A DNA stretch of 64,000 nt from Vicugna vicugna (lineage: Eukaryota). Under the pieces are notes generated by a model. That model was not told the DNA's origin, ran no database searches, and saw only the letters and a list, made by a program, of their open reading frames with translations. The stretch covers positions 6,262,302-6,326,301 of the forward strand of contig MU058065.1 in assembly GCA_013265495.1 (NCBI GenBank). Reading direction: 5' to 3'. Below, one piece after another: positions 1 to 13,579 of the stretch (positions are counted from its first letter, which is position 1; each line of letters begins with the position of its first letter). A program made the position numbers and the translations under genes.

Positions 1-1270
1 AAATTTATGGATAGATTAAATGCAATCCCAGTCAAATTTCCAGTAGATGTTTCAGTGGAAATTGACAGGCTGATTCTAAAATTTATATGGAAATCAAATA
101 GTCAAAATAGCAAAGACAATATTGAAGAAAAAGAAGTTGGAAGGCTTATCTTCCAGATAATCAGATATCAAAACTCATTAAAATTTAGAATAACTAAAAC
201 AACACGGTTTTGGTACAAGAATAGACAAATGGAGCGAACTCCATGAACAGATCCCCAAATTTATGGTCACTTGATTTATGATAAAGGCCCTGTTCTAATA
301 CCCTGGAGAAAGGATGATTTTTAAAAAAAATAAATGGTGCTATAAATCTTGTTTGGGGGCATGGGGGTTGGGGGAGGTAATTAGTTTATTTATTTATTTC
401 TTAATGAGTACTGAGGATTGAACCCAAGGCCTTGTGGATGCTAAGCACAGTGCTCTACCACTGAGCTATACCCTCCCTCCAGCAATTATAAATATTAATC
501 TCTTCTCCACATCATACACAAAAATCAGTTTTACATGTATCATAGACTGAATAAAGTTTCTTGATGATAACTTAAGAAAATATTTTCATGACTTTACAGT
601 AGGCAAAGTTTTCATAAATAGGACATAAAATCACTAACCATATGAAAAACAATTGATAAATTGGACTACACTAAAATTAAGAACCTTTGTTTATCAAAAG
701 TCATTATTGAGAGAATGAAAGAGAAACCCAGAGAGTGACAGAAGAAATACTATATATCTGCCAAAGGACTGGTTACAGAATATAAAATGTATACTAGAAT
801 TATAAAAAGAATAAATCAATAAATAAAAGATAGACAACTCAATTTTTTAAACGGGTAAAACACTTGAACAGGAGTTTTATAAGTGGAAAGTCTAAATGGC
901 CATGAAGCTTTCGAAAAGGAGCTAAACCTCATTAGACACTAGGAAAAATGTAATTTAAAACCACAGTGAGATTGCACTACATCCCATTAAAATGGCTAAA
1001 ATGAAAAAGAAGATATCAAGTGCTGGTAAGAATATGAGCAACAGAGAATCATACACTGCTGGTGAGAGTGTAAATTGATATAAGCATGATGGAAAACACT
1101 TTTGCAGTATCTACTAAAGCTGAACATATGTGTGTCCTGTGACCCAGCATCTTCACTTCTAGGTTTATACCTACAGAAATGCATATATATTCATCACAAG
1201 GCATATATTAGGGTGTGCTCAGCAAGAATATTGAAATAGCCCCATACCGGAAACTATCCTAATGCCCATT
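1..1270 (+). mobile_element. Old L1 (L1M) ORF2/3' fragment interrupted by the SINE
   Basis: Peptide DRLNAIPVKFP...EIDRLILKFIWK resembles the L1 ORF2p C-terminal part. Typical L1 3' sequence follows, heavily decayed. Confidence 0.8.
350..480 (-). mobile_element. tRNA-Ala-derived SINE (Vic-1-like)
   Basis: Reverse complement reads GGGTATAGCTCAGTGGTAGAGC...GGGTTCAATCC...(AAAT)n, the same family as the copy at 14053. Confidence 0.8.
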
Positions 1271-2861
1271 CTATTAGTTATCCATTGCTACATTAAAAAA
1301 ATCACCCTAAAACTCAGTGGCAAAATGATAAATATTATCTTACAGCCTCTGAGAACAGGAATTTGGGAGTGGCTTAGCTGCATGGTTCTGGTTCAGGGTT
1401 TCTCATTAGGTTGTAAAGAAGGTTACAAAGAGGGGACTGCCATCACTTACTGAGGCTGGAAGACTCACACCCAAACTCATTTATGTGGCTGTTGGCAGGA
1501 GGCCTCAGTTCCTTGGGGAGGGTTGGCCTCCCCATAGTATTTATCCTGTTACCTTGCCTTGATTTTCTTCCTTAGAGATTTCCATTTACTGTGTTAAGTC
1601 TTACTTGCTTATTTTCAATATTTATAATTTTCTTTTTCTTTGAATCCTGTTTATCTCTTTGAAAATTTCATGTCAATTTCTAATGTTTTCTTCTTTTTCA
1701 CCTTCTATTCCTCTAAGGCATTATCTGCTGTGTTAAATTCACTCAAGTGTTTTTACAATTTAGCCATTCCTTTTGAAATCACTTTTTCGTTCATTTCTAA
1801 TTCTTTTCTGAGTTCTGTCACCTCATTTCAGAGTGTCTCTAACTTTGATTTATGTTGTTCTTTTGTATCTTGCATTATTTTAAACATCTTTTATCTTCTT
1901 TCTAAATAGTTAAGGTCACAGTTTTTATCCGCTCGGTGGGCATGTCTTTCTGGCATACTTTCTTTGCCTGTAGGTTCTGCTTATTATTGTGGTTCTGCTT
2001 CTTGTTTTCCTACAACTTTGTAATTGATTTGGCTTCTATGCTTTTTTGTTGCTTATTTTTACATCAAATTAATTTTCCTGAATTTTTAGAGGAGACTGTG
2101 GGTCAGAGTAGCTCTTCTAACTTCACAAAGTTCCCTTTTCTATTTTCATGTAGTAATGAAAATGTGGCAGCATGCTAAGATTTCCTGGCTCTGCTCCCCT
2201 CCCCATTCTTGTCTGAGCCTTGTCTTGTCTTTATCTTTGTTGTACCTATCTTGCCCAATTTTGATTCTTCTCCCAGCACTTTCTTCTCAATGTGGGATCC
2301 TGTCATGGCAGAGCCCTGAAGGACAGCGGTCTGGAGAGTTTACAAGGGCTAGAGTGAAGGGCTCCATTTATTTCAGACCTTCCTGCGTATTGCTTGCACT
2401 CACCCACTATTGAATTAGGTAAAACCCCTCCAATTTCTGCTGCTTTCTCAAATTGACCCATGAACACCTACTGGTTATTTTCATATCCCTCCTTTTCTCA
2501 ATTTCATCAGAAGCCCACTGCTTCCCTCTGCTTTCTCATGCACAGATGCCAATTCCATCTCCCTGCCTTGTCTTCACCCACTTGTATTTTGGGCTTCATG
2601 GGGATACTTTGCCACCTAATTTTGGTAGAAATGTTATCCATGGGTTTTTAGTTTTGCTATCTAATTGTTCTATTTTTATGTCGGGATTTGGAGGAAAACA
2701 CTATGCCTCTGCCACAGCTATTTTCACAGAATTCCAATGTATTATATCTTTTTGTGGATGATGGTTGAGTCTGTTCATTTTGTACAAATTCATTTAGCTG
2801 TGCCCTTCATATTTGTGCACTCTGCTATATGTATATTATAAATCAATAGAAAGTTTATCCC

Positions 2862-3100
2862 TGTATTAGTCAGGGTCCTCCAGAGAAACAAAACTAATAG
2901 GATGGATAGAAAGGCAGACAGACAGACAGAAAGTTGGGAGTGAGAATTTACCTTAAGAAACTGGCTTATTTATCTTAAGGAAAGAGTGATTATAAGGGCT
3001 GGCAGTCCAAGGTCTCCGGGGTAGGTCAGCAGGCTGGAGACCCAGGGAAGAGCTGATATTGCAGTTCAAGTCTGAAGGCCATTTTAAAATTAACCATACA
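2862..3100 (-). mobile_element. MLT2-like (ERVL) LTR fragment
   Basis: Begins TGTATTAGTCAGGGTCCTCCAGAGAAACA and ends AAAATTAACCATACA, both characteristic ends. Confidence 0.6.
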
Positions 3101-3416
3101 GCCCCTTAAGAGAATCTTACTTTGAATTTATAAATGAGACTCAGAGATGCTAAGTAACTTGCCCAAGGTCATAGCTACAGAGCAGTGGATCCAGAAGTAG
3201 AACTTAGCTTTCCCTAAGGCCAGAATCCATGCTCTTCCCACTACAGCAGGTAAAAGGTGTTCTAAGGGAGTCCAGTCCAAGACACCATCCTCCTTGATAG
3301 GGGGCTGTAATGGCTTCTGACTGTTCCCACTGCTTTTACCTTCCACACAGCAGCAAGTGATCATTTCAAGATGGAAATCTGATTCGGTCACCTAGAACAC
3401 TTCAATAGTGTGTCAC

Positions 3417-3746
3417 TGCCTTAGTCCTTTCAGGCTGCCATAACAAAAATACCATAGACTGGTTCCGGAGGGTTTGAAGTCCAAGAACAAGACCAAGACC
3501 AAGATGCTGGCAGACTTGGTGTCTGGTGAGAGCCCACTTCCTAGTTAATAGATGACTGTCTTCTCGCTGTATCCTCACATGGTAGAAGGGGCAAGAGAGC
3601 CCTCTGGAGTCTCTTTGATAAGGACACTAATTCGTGAGGGCTCCACCCTCATGACCTAATCACCTCCTAATACCATTAGGGGTTAGGATTTCAATCATAT
3701 ATGAAAACATGAATTTTGAGAGGACACAAACATTCAGTCCATAACA
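3417..3746 (-). mobile_element. MaLR solo LTR (MLT1A-like)
   Basis: TG...CA termini (TGCCTTAGTCC...CCATAACA) with a perfect 5-bp TSD GTCAC at 3412-3416 and 3747-3751. Confidence 0.8.
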
Positions 3747-4229
3747 GTCACTATGAATATAGGTGTAACTTCTTTGATAGAGACCAAAAAAAGGTAGTTT
3801 AAACAAGTTGGAAATTTATCAAATTGTCACATATAGTCTAACAGTCTGGGCTTGCTACAGTTGCTCCATGGTGATAGGGACTCAGTCTCCCTCTATATTA
3901 TTGCTTTGCCATCTTTAGCATATGGCTTCCATCTCATGGTCTAGGACAATTCCTCTGGCTCCCACCATCATGCCAGTAAGAAGAAAACTGGAGGAAATGA
4001 AAGCCTGTCCCTCTCATTGGTCAGAGCCTGGTCACTTGGACAAGTCTATATGGAAAAGTGTCTAGAAAATAGTCTTTAATTGGGTAGCCATGTACTGAGC
4101 CAAAACTCCAGAGTTTGAATTCTAAAGGAATAGAGGGGGAAATGGATATTAGGGGACAACTAACACTCTGTACCACAAATGGTTTTCCATTGCTCTTACA
4201 AAAATACTTTATATGTCTCTTGGTTTTAC

Positions 4230-4710
4230 CTTGCCAGGCTTCAGCCTCACCTCCCAGCACACCGCCCTCACTCTCTCCCCTCTAACCACACTGGCCTTCT
4301 TCCAATTCCTTGAGTGTTCTCTGCTACCTGCAACCCCAAGGCCTATGCAGGAACTATTCCTCCTGCAGGAATGCTTTTCTCCCATATCACCTAGTTAACT
4401 CTCACTCATTCTTCAGATGTCAGCTCAAGTGTCATTTCCTCAGGTAGGCCTTCCCCGATACCATTCTAATAGAAGTATTTTTCTTAACCACGCTTATCCA
4501 CCATGAACCCTTCCCTCTACAATACTTACCTCAGTTGTAACTGTACACCTATTTGGTAATTATTCAACTAATTGCCATCTCCTCCTCTAGACTATAAGTC
4601 AGAAAAGGCAAGGCCATTCCAGTTTGGCTCTCTGTTGTGTCTCTAAGCACCTAGCAGAGTACAGGGGACAAATAATTGTTTTTCTTGAAAGAATTGATAA
4701 GTGAGTCACA
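4230..4710 (+). mobile_element. L2 3' fragment
   Basis: Typical L2 sequence: CCACACTGGCCTTCTT...TCAGCTCAAGTGTCATTTCCTCAG...CTAGACTATAAG...AGCACCTAGCA. Confidence 0.6.
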
Positions 4711-5288
4711 GTGAGTCCTTAAAATTGTCTGGATAATACTGACAGGACAATTTCAGCTGTGAAGACAAGTTCTTAGACTACATGGCTTGATCCAGAGAAT
4801 TTTCAGCTCTGCAGTGTCTACGGCAAGTCAGGATTATCTGGGCCTTCCTGCAAGCAGAGAATGGCTTGTGTGAATTCCACATTATAAGGTTTGATTCTAG
4901 AATCCAGTGCATTGCCTTCTTACCCCTGACTGCAAAGTAGAGTCTAAAAGGCTTTTAGCGTTTTTGCTTTGATGAGGTTGTATTTAAAAAGAAGTTAGGC
5001 AGGTTGAACCCTGACAGATTGCATCTCTGCACAGGGACCCCTACAACTGCAGCATGTGAATGATTAGCAGCTGTGAGATCCAGAGCTTCCTCCCCAGAGG
5101 CAGGAAGACTTGGAAGTGCCCACCAGAGTTAAAATGGAGTCAACTGGAGAATTTCTGCAAGACAAAGATTTTATTCCCTCTTCTGCATTATCCCTGGTCC
5201 AAACACAAAGACTTCCACAGACCTTAGAGTTATGTGTCTGGATGCTCTTGGCTACAAGTCACAGAATACTCCTCAGTTGAACTTCCTT

Positions 5289-5369
5289 TATTTTTTAACT
5301 TTTTTTGAAGTTTAATCGGTTTACAACGTTGTGTTAATTTCTGACGTACAGCATAGTGATTCAGTTATA
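5289..5369 (-). mobile_element. Extremely 5'-truncated L1 (~80 bp) with TSD
   Basis: L1 3'-terminal sequence plus poly-T. TSD CAGTTGAACTT(C/T)CTT at 5274-5288 and 5370-5384. Confidence 0.75.
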
Positions 5370-7647
5370 CAGTTGAACTTTCTTGTTGCATATCACATGG
5401 AGTCTTGAGGCAGGGCAGGCCAGAGATGTTTAATTCAGCCACTGGAACACTCCATGGAGGACCTGAATTCTCTCCAACCCATTTTATGTAAATGGTTCTG
5501 CCTCTTGCTTTTTAACATTTGACAATGTATCATTCCAAACAGGATATAAAGAGCTACTTCATTCTTTGTTTTCTTTTAAAATTGAATAGTAACCCATCTT
5601 AAAGGGCTATCATAATTTATTTAACCAATCACCTCTAGATGAATATTTAATTTGTATCCAGTCTTTTGCTATTACAAACAATGATTGATAAATACTTGTG
5701 CATAAATTATTTCATGTGTGAGTTAGCACATCTGAAGATAAATTCCTAGAAATGAAACCGCTTGGTCATGAGATATATGCAGCATTTGTAATTTTATATA
5801 TGTTGCCAATCTGCTTTCCACGTGGACTGTACCAATTTATATTGCCCTCCCCAAATACGTACAGCAGTGCTTTAAGTCTTTTTGATAACTTGGATTGAAT
5901 GTAGAGTGGAAAATCTATGGTGGATGCCTGAATGGTTTCTGCATAGAGAAACTGTTAGTGGGTTGCTTATCAACTCAGTCATTTAAACTGGTAGCAACAC
6001 AAGCCTGTCTTCCTTTTCAATAAACCATTAACCCTGTGGACTCCCCAGCCCCATCATTGTCTGAGGGGTTCAGGCTGTCCATGTGCAGTCTATATTTCAG
6101 AACTTAGCACTGTAACTTGATCATTCTTTGTACAAATGACTTCTCCCTAGATGTCTGTTCTCTCCATCTCCACCTGGCCGTCTCCTAGTCCTCCCTCAAA
6201 CCCAGCTGAGATGTCATCTCCTCCATTAAATATTATGTGCCACTCCTAGGCAGAATTAGTCTCTATTCTCTACTCCTACAGAATTTTGTTCACACCTCAA
6301 TCACTGTACAAATCATCTGTAATATAATTATCTGCTTACCTGTCTGTCTCCCACATTGCAAGGAAAGAAAACTCATCTTCTTCATCTTTGGGCCAGCACC
6401 TCCACACGTGGTGCCTGGCACATTAATAGTTCCCAGTAAAGGCCTGCTGAAATGAAATTAGACAAGGGCACCGTTTTGTAGGACAGGTGGTAAATGTGAT
6501 AGTACTTCTCTTTTTCCTTTGCTGGTATTGTTGATCAAGGGTCAAAAATACAGATGCTTCTGAATATTTCTTTATTTTTATGTTTCTGAACTTTCCTCTT
6601 CTCCTTCAGCCTGTTCTGTTCTCTGCTATGTCCTTAATGCCTAAAACAGTGCCTGGGAGACAAGAGGCATTACATAAATAAATTTTGAATAAATGGATAT
6701 TTCTGATCAGAAGAAACATCTACAATGCAGCTGGGACTTTTTTGCCTGTTTGATGTGGCCAGAGGGTATTTCTAAGTCTTCTTAAAGCCGCAAGCTTGGT
6801 TCCTCACATGCCAGTTCTGTGTATTTGGGCTTTATTTCACCTCAAATTAACGCATGTAACAGAGCTTAGCACAACATTGTAAATCTTCAATAAAAAATTT
6901 TTTTAAAAAGTGCTAAGAACCGTGTCAGGTACTTAGTGTACATTCAGTAAGTGCTGAATTATTTTTATTATTATTCCCACTGGCCCAAGCATGCTCCCAT
7001 CAGTTCACCACCTGTGCTGGTCTCTTCATCTCTCTCCCAGCAGATAGTGTGGCCTTGATCCCTGGAAAACATCTGAGGCACAGGCTTCAATTTATGAGCC
7101 ATGTGATGCTGGGCCAGTTTCTTGATTAAGAAACTCTCAGAGGTTCAGTTTCTTTATTAGGACAATAGGCATTATGTTAACATCTATCTACCTCTCTGGA
7201 TTGTTACGAAGATTAAATGAGACAATCATGGACACCGCTTAGTATGATGCAGGGCTCAGAGTAAGCATTCAGCTATCACCATCATGATCATCATCAGAGA
7301 TGCTAAAGACCGTTCATCTCTTCTTTTTGAGGGGCTCATTTCCACAGCCCTTCTGGTTGACTGTAAATCTTTAGCTGGTTCTGGAGTTTGAAGCATCACC
7401 AGGAGGCTTGTCCTGATCATGTGTGGATGAAGTTCCTGCTCTTCCCTCAATGCCCTCATGCCTGCATTATTTGAAGATATATATTTCACTCCCTCAAAAA
7501 TATTTTGCTCTGACTCATTCCTGAGGGCTGGAAGTAGGTCGTGGGGACATCAAATCACAAATACAGAGCTGCCCCCTCTTCCTGATCACATCCCTGCCTG
7601 ATGCCCAGTGTTTGGCTGACACTTCACTGTGCCATATAGGCCAGTTT

Positions 7648-8703
7648 TTTTAACTTTAATGTTTTATTTTTATTTTTTATTGAAGTATAGTTGATTTATG
7701 ATGTTGTGTTAGTTTCTGATACAAAGTAATTCAGATTTTTTTCAGATTATTTTCCATTATAGGTTAGTACAAGATATTGAATACAGGTCCCTGTGCCATA
7801 GAATAGGTCTTTGTTGTTTATCTATTTTATATATAGTAGTTTGTATCTGCTAACCCCAAACTCCTAACTTATCTCTATCTCCCCCTTTCCCTTTGGTAAC
7901 CTAACCATAAGTTTGTTTTCTATGTCTAGGAGTCTGTTTCTGTTTTGTATATAAGTTCATTTGTATTATTTTTTTAGATTCTACATATAAGTGATATCAT
8001 ATGATATTCATCTTTCTCTGTCTGACTTACTTCACTTAGGATGATAACTTCTAGGTCCACCCATGTCGCTGCAAATGGCATAATTTCATTATTTTTTATG
8101 CTAAGTAACATTCCATTGTATACAAATATCACATCTTCTTTATCCGTTCATCTGTCAATTCGTATTTAGGTTGCTTCCATGACTTGGCTATTGTAAACAG
8201 TGCTGCTGTGGACACTGGGGTTCACATATCTTTTCAAATTGCAGTTTTCCAGATGTATGCCCAGGAGGGGGATTGCTGGATCACATGGTAACTCTATTTT
8301 CAGATTTTTAAGGATGTTCTCCATAGTGGCTGCACCAATTTACATTCCTACCAACAGTGTAGGAGAGTTTCCTTTTCCTACATTATTTGTAGACTTTTAT
8401 ATGATGGCCATTCTGACTGGTGTGAGGTGATACCTCATTGTAGTTTCAATTGGCATTTCTGTATAATTAGCAATGTTGAGCATCTTTTCGTGTCCCTGTT
8501 GACCATCTGTATGTCTTCTTTGGAGAAATGTCTATTTTGGTCTTCTGTTCATTTTTTATTGTGTTGTTTGTTTTTTGATGTTGAGCTGTGTGAGCTATTT
8601 GTATATTTTGGAAATCAAGCCCTCATTGGTCACATCGTTTGCAAATATTTTCTCCCATTCTGTAGGTTGTCTTTTGGTTTTGTTTATGGTTTCTTCTGCT
8701 GTG
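7648..8703 (-). mobile_element. 5'-truncated L1 (relatively young family)
   Basis: Poly-T, L1 3'UTR and ORF2 peptide FTAEETINKTKRQPTEWEKIFANDVTNEGLISKIYK. Degenerate TSD AGGCCA(G/A)TT. Confidence 0.9.
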
Positions 8704-9706
8704 AATGCAGGCCAATTCTGATGAGTCTTATTTCCCATAGACTCACTTGTGACTTTGCCCTGTAAACTTTCAGTTAACATGGGGTCCCCTCTGACCCAGA
8801 GCCCATCATTTTGCTTTCTCCTGGGGACCTTTATCTAAAGTAGCAAGTACACACTCTCCTTACTAATGCAGTATTGTGCATGTTACTGTTTTATGAAGCA
8901 AAACAATATATGGTAGAAGAATACCAAGGTGTTAGAAATTAGAAGGATAATTATAGATACTAGAAGATAACTAACATAGAAGATAGGCAGAGGTTGTCTC
9001 TGTGGAGAAGAAGGGGGATGTAATTGTGGAAGGGCCCATGGGGAGCATATGAGACCATTGTAATATTCTTAACCCAAATAGTGGGTACATTAAGGTTCAT
9101 TGGATGATTAATCTTTAAACTGTACATATTTATGTAATACATTTAAGTGTATGTGATGTATTTCTTAATTTTTTGAAAAAAAATTGTGAAAGAGAAAGGA
9201 TGGAAGGAAGGAATGAATGAAGGGAGGAAAGGTAGGAAGAAGTAAATTGGATCTGTTAATAGGAAAGAACATGTCAGTGTCAAATCCCCATTTTTGGCTG
9301 ATGTTATTCAGTATCCAGGAGGATAATCTCAACAATTACTCTGTGGATCAGTTTCTTTAACGTTTGAACTGTGCAGTTAATTCACATTCAAAATCAAATA
9401 TTCTATGCTTCTTTCCTCAGAATATTTCCAGACCAATATCTATCTCATGGTTTTAGGGGACAGAATTTCTTAGGGAATCTTGATTGTCTTATAGGTGCTC
9501 TGTAGCAAAGGTGGGACAACTATTCATCAGACCAGAATACAGATCAACTCTTTAATTTTCATCTTAAAATGAACTCTGCCTCCCATCCCCCAAATTAACT
9601 CTGTCACCTTCAATACTCATATCTCAAACAAAAGACACTTTTAGTCATTAGTAATATAAAATATCACACTCTCAGCACCAGAGTTCTCAATTTAAAGTTA
9701 TTTTCA

Positions 9707-10218
9707 GCTCATACAACTCAATGACAACAACAACAAAAACCCCAAACAACCCAATAAAAAATTGGCTGAAGACCCAATAAACATTTTGCCAATGAGGACA
9801 AACAAATGGCCAATAGGCACATGAAAAAATGCTCAACATCAATAATTATCGAGAAATGCAAATCAAAACTACAATGAGGTATTACCTCACACTGGTAAGA
9901 ATGGCCATCATTAAAAAATCCACAAACAATAAATGCTGGAGAAGGTATGGAGAAAAGGGAACCCTCCCACACTGTTGGTGGGAATGTAAATTGGTGCAGT
10001 CATTATGAGGAACAGTATGGAGATTCATTTAAAAACTAAAAATAGAGCTGCCATATGATCCGGCAATCCCAATCCTGGACATATAACTGGAGGAAACTCT
10101 AATTCAAAAAGATACATGCCTCCCAGTGTTCACAGCAGCACTATTTACAATAGCCACAATATGGAAGCAACTTAAATGTCCATTGACAGATGAACGAATA
10201 AAGAAGATGTGGTATATG

Positions 10219-10251
<33 letters not shown>

Positions 10252-10700
10252 TCACACACAATGGAATGTTACTCAGCCACAAAAAGAATGAAACAATGCC
10301 ATTTTCAGCAACATGGGCAGACCTAGAGATTGTCATACTAAGTAAAGTAAGCCAGAAAGAGAATGAAAAATACCATATGATATCACTTATATGTGGAATC
10401 TAAAAAAAAGATACAAATGACCATATATACAAAACAGAAACAGACTCCTAGACATAGCAAACAAACTTATGGTTACCGAAGGGGAAGGAGGACAGGGATA
10501 AGTTAGGAGTTTGGGATTAGCAGATACAAACTACTACATATAAAATAGATAAACAACAAGGTCCTACTATATAGCACAGGGAACGATATTAAATACCTTG
10601 TAATAGCCTATAATGAAAAGGAATATATATAATATATATACATATAATTAAATCACTATGTTGTACACCAGAAACTAATACTAAATTGACTATTCTTCAA
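9707..10700 (+). mobile_element. 5'-truncated L1, same family as the copy at 7648-8703
   Basis: ORF2 C-terminal peptide MFTAALFTIATIWKQLKCPLTDE...IKKMW and L1 3'UTR. TSD-like TATTTTCA on both sides. Confidence 0.9.
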
Positions 10701-11280
10701 TAAAATATTTTCAATGATTTCTCCCAAAAGCCTTGCTGAAGCTAAAGATTTTTTATTTCCTAAACTAGCTGAGTCTTAGAATGCATGGTATGGCCACAGC
10801 CCCTTCCTAAGACAGTTTCTTAAATGCACATCTCCATGCTGTTACCACTTTATGACCTTGTCCTCCACTCCACCCCAACCACAGCTATTAGCCTAAGATT
10901 GGGCACTAACCTTATGACAGACGATCTAGAAGTAAGCCAATAGTCTGTGCATATTTGTTAAATAGGCAAATTAATGGATGAATGGATGACCATGATGTGG
11001 CCTGGTACAAGGGCTTTGAGAAGAAAATTGACCATGTCTCAATAAACCAACCAGATTTACTCTCTTGTAGAGTTGAAACTGAGACACAGAAGTTGGAAGT
11101 GTGTGACAAGTAGAGAACCTGAGTGAACACAAAAAGAGGTGGCAGGTTGCAGAGGTTTTGAGGCCACAAAGAAGCAGAAGCAAAATCAATGAATGAGCAA
11201 ATGATATTCAGAGAGGGGTTTAAAGGGTTGACTGCCAGCGAGGGAGAATAGGAGATCAAAGGATGAAACCAGCTCAGTCT

Positions 11281-13500
11281 ATCATATATGTTTCTGTTTT
11301 CTATTTGTTACCCTTATTTTTTGTCTCTATTTTTTGTCTTCCACTATTTTTCTGCCTTTTGTGGTTTTGAGAATTTTGTGATTCCATTTTCTCTCCTTTC
11401 TTAGTACATAAACTATACTTTTTTCTTTTTTTACCTTTTTTAGTGGTTGCCCTAGTTTGTAATATGCATTTATAGCTAATCCAAGACCATTTTCAAATAA
11501 CACTGTATCATTTCACAGGTAGTGTGAATACCACATAACAAAAAAAAAATCCTAACTCCTCCCTCCCATCCCTTTATCATTGCTGATGTTATTCATTTCA
11601 CTTTTTATAAGCATAATAAGAAAATACATAAACATACATATATTCAAATACATTGTTGCTATTATTATTTTGAACAAATTATTATGTTAGATCAATTAAA
11701 AGTTTTTGTTTTACATTTACTTATTCCTTCTTCAGTGTTCTTCCTTTCTTTATGTAGATCCAAGTTTCTGCTATGTTATTTTCCTTCTCTCTAAAGAATT
11801 TCTTTTAACATTTCTTGCAAGGCAGATCTATTGGCAACAAATTCCTTCAATTTTTGTTTATCTGAGAGAGTCTTTGTTTCTCCTTCACTTTTGAAGAATA
11901 ATTTTGCAGGGCATAGAATTCTAGGTTGGTTGTTTTTTCTCTTAAAACTTTAATATTTCAATCCACTTTCCTCTTGCTTGCATGGTTTCTGAGAAGTTAA
12001 ATGTAATTCTTATCTTTGCTCTTCTATAAGTAAGGGTTTTTTTTCCCTCTGGTTTCTTTCAGAATTTTTTCTTTATATTTGATTTCTGTAGTTTTAAAGT
12101 AATAGTAGTATAGTGGGTTTTTTGTTTTTGTTTTTGTTTTTGTTTTTTGGCATGTATACTAATTGGTGTTCTCTGAGCTTCCTGGATCTGTGGTTTGATG
12201 TCTGACATTAATTTGGGGGAAATTCTCAGTCATTATTGTTCTGAATATTTCTTCTGTTTCATTTTCTCTTTTCTCTTCTCCTTCTATAATTCCCATCACA
12301 TGTATGTTATACCCTTTGTAGTTATCCTACAGTTCTTCAGTAGTCTGGTTTTTTTCACTCTTTTATGTCTTTGCTTTTCAGTTTTGGAGGATTCTATTGA
12401 GATATCCTCAAGGTGTGAGTTTCTTTCCTCAGCTATGTCCAATCTACTTATAAGCCTATCAAAAGCATTAATCATTTCTGTTACACTGTTTTTTATCTCT
12501 ATCATTTCTTCCTGGTTCTTTTCAAAAAATTTTCCATCACTGATTTCCATCTGTTCTTTCATGCTATTTTACCCATTAGAGCTCTTAGCATATTCATCAT
12601 AGTTGTTTTTAATTCCTGGTCTGACCATTCCAATATTCCTGCCATATCTGAGTCTAGTTCTAATTCTTGCTCTGTGCCTTAAAATCATGTTTTTTGTCTT
12701 CTAATATGACTTGTGATTTTTTTCTTGATTGTCAGCCATGAAATACTGGGTAAAAGAAACTTGTAAATAGCCTTTAGTAATATGATGTTAAGGTATAGGG
12801 GGAGGAGAAGCATTTTATAGCCCTGTGATTAGGTCTCAGTCTTTTAGTGACTCTGTGCCTCTGGACTGTGAACTTCACACATGCTTCTATTCCCCTTTAC
12901 CCCTCTTAGGTGGGACAGCATGGCTAGAGGGGGATGGAGTTCAGTATTTCCTTTCTCCCGGTTGGAAGGCTAAGCCAGCTGGATTTGGATATTTCCCTTC
13001 CCTCAGGTCAGTTAGGCTCTAATAAAAACCCAGTAGGTTAGGCTCTGGTTAAATAGTCTCTCCTGAGGTCAGATCTTGTTAAAAAGAACAGAACATTTTG
13101 GTTTATTTCAAAATGGATTTTTCTCATGATTCACTGGTAGAACTGCAGGAGGTAAACCTCACAAAGTGTGGAGGTTTCTTGATGACTGGGTCCTCTCAGA
13201 GTTTTTAACTCTCAGAATTGTCCATACGAAGCCTCCAGCAATTCATCAATTACAATTCAGCTTTCCCTCCCCCAGGATTGGTTCCTGAGGAGGTTTCAGC
13301 TCATGGGTTTCTGCTATAGTAAGCTGTGATTCTCTGCATTGGCCTCTTGGTCCCTCCAATTTGAGGGGCAGTGGTTTGCCCTATGACATAATTTCTCTTA
13401 CAGATCTAAGAAGAGTTGTTGATTTTTCAGTTTTTTCCAGCTTTTTATTTGTTGTTAGGACAGAGTGGTGACTTGTAAGCCCCAAAACAGGAAGTCATTA
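11281..13500 (-). mobile_element. Old L1M 5'/ORF1 fragment
   Basis: ORF 12296-12562 (EIKNSVTEMINAFDRLISRLDIAEERNSHLED) resembles the L1 ORF1p coiled coil. T-rich on the + strand. Confidence 0.7.
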
Positions 13501-13579
13501 TTTTTTATTTTGGATTTCTAGCCTAATTAATTTTCAATCCTGTAAAATTTGCTGAGATTTTCTTTATTGCTCAGCTTAA

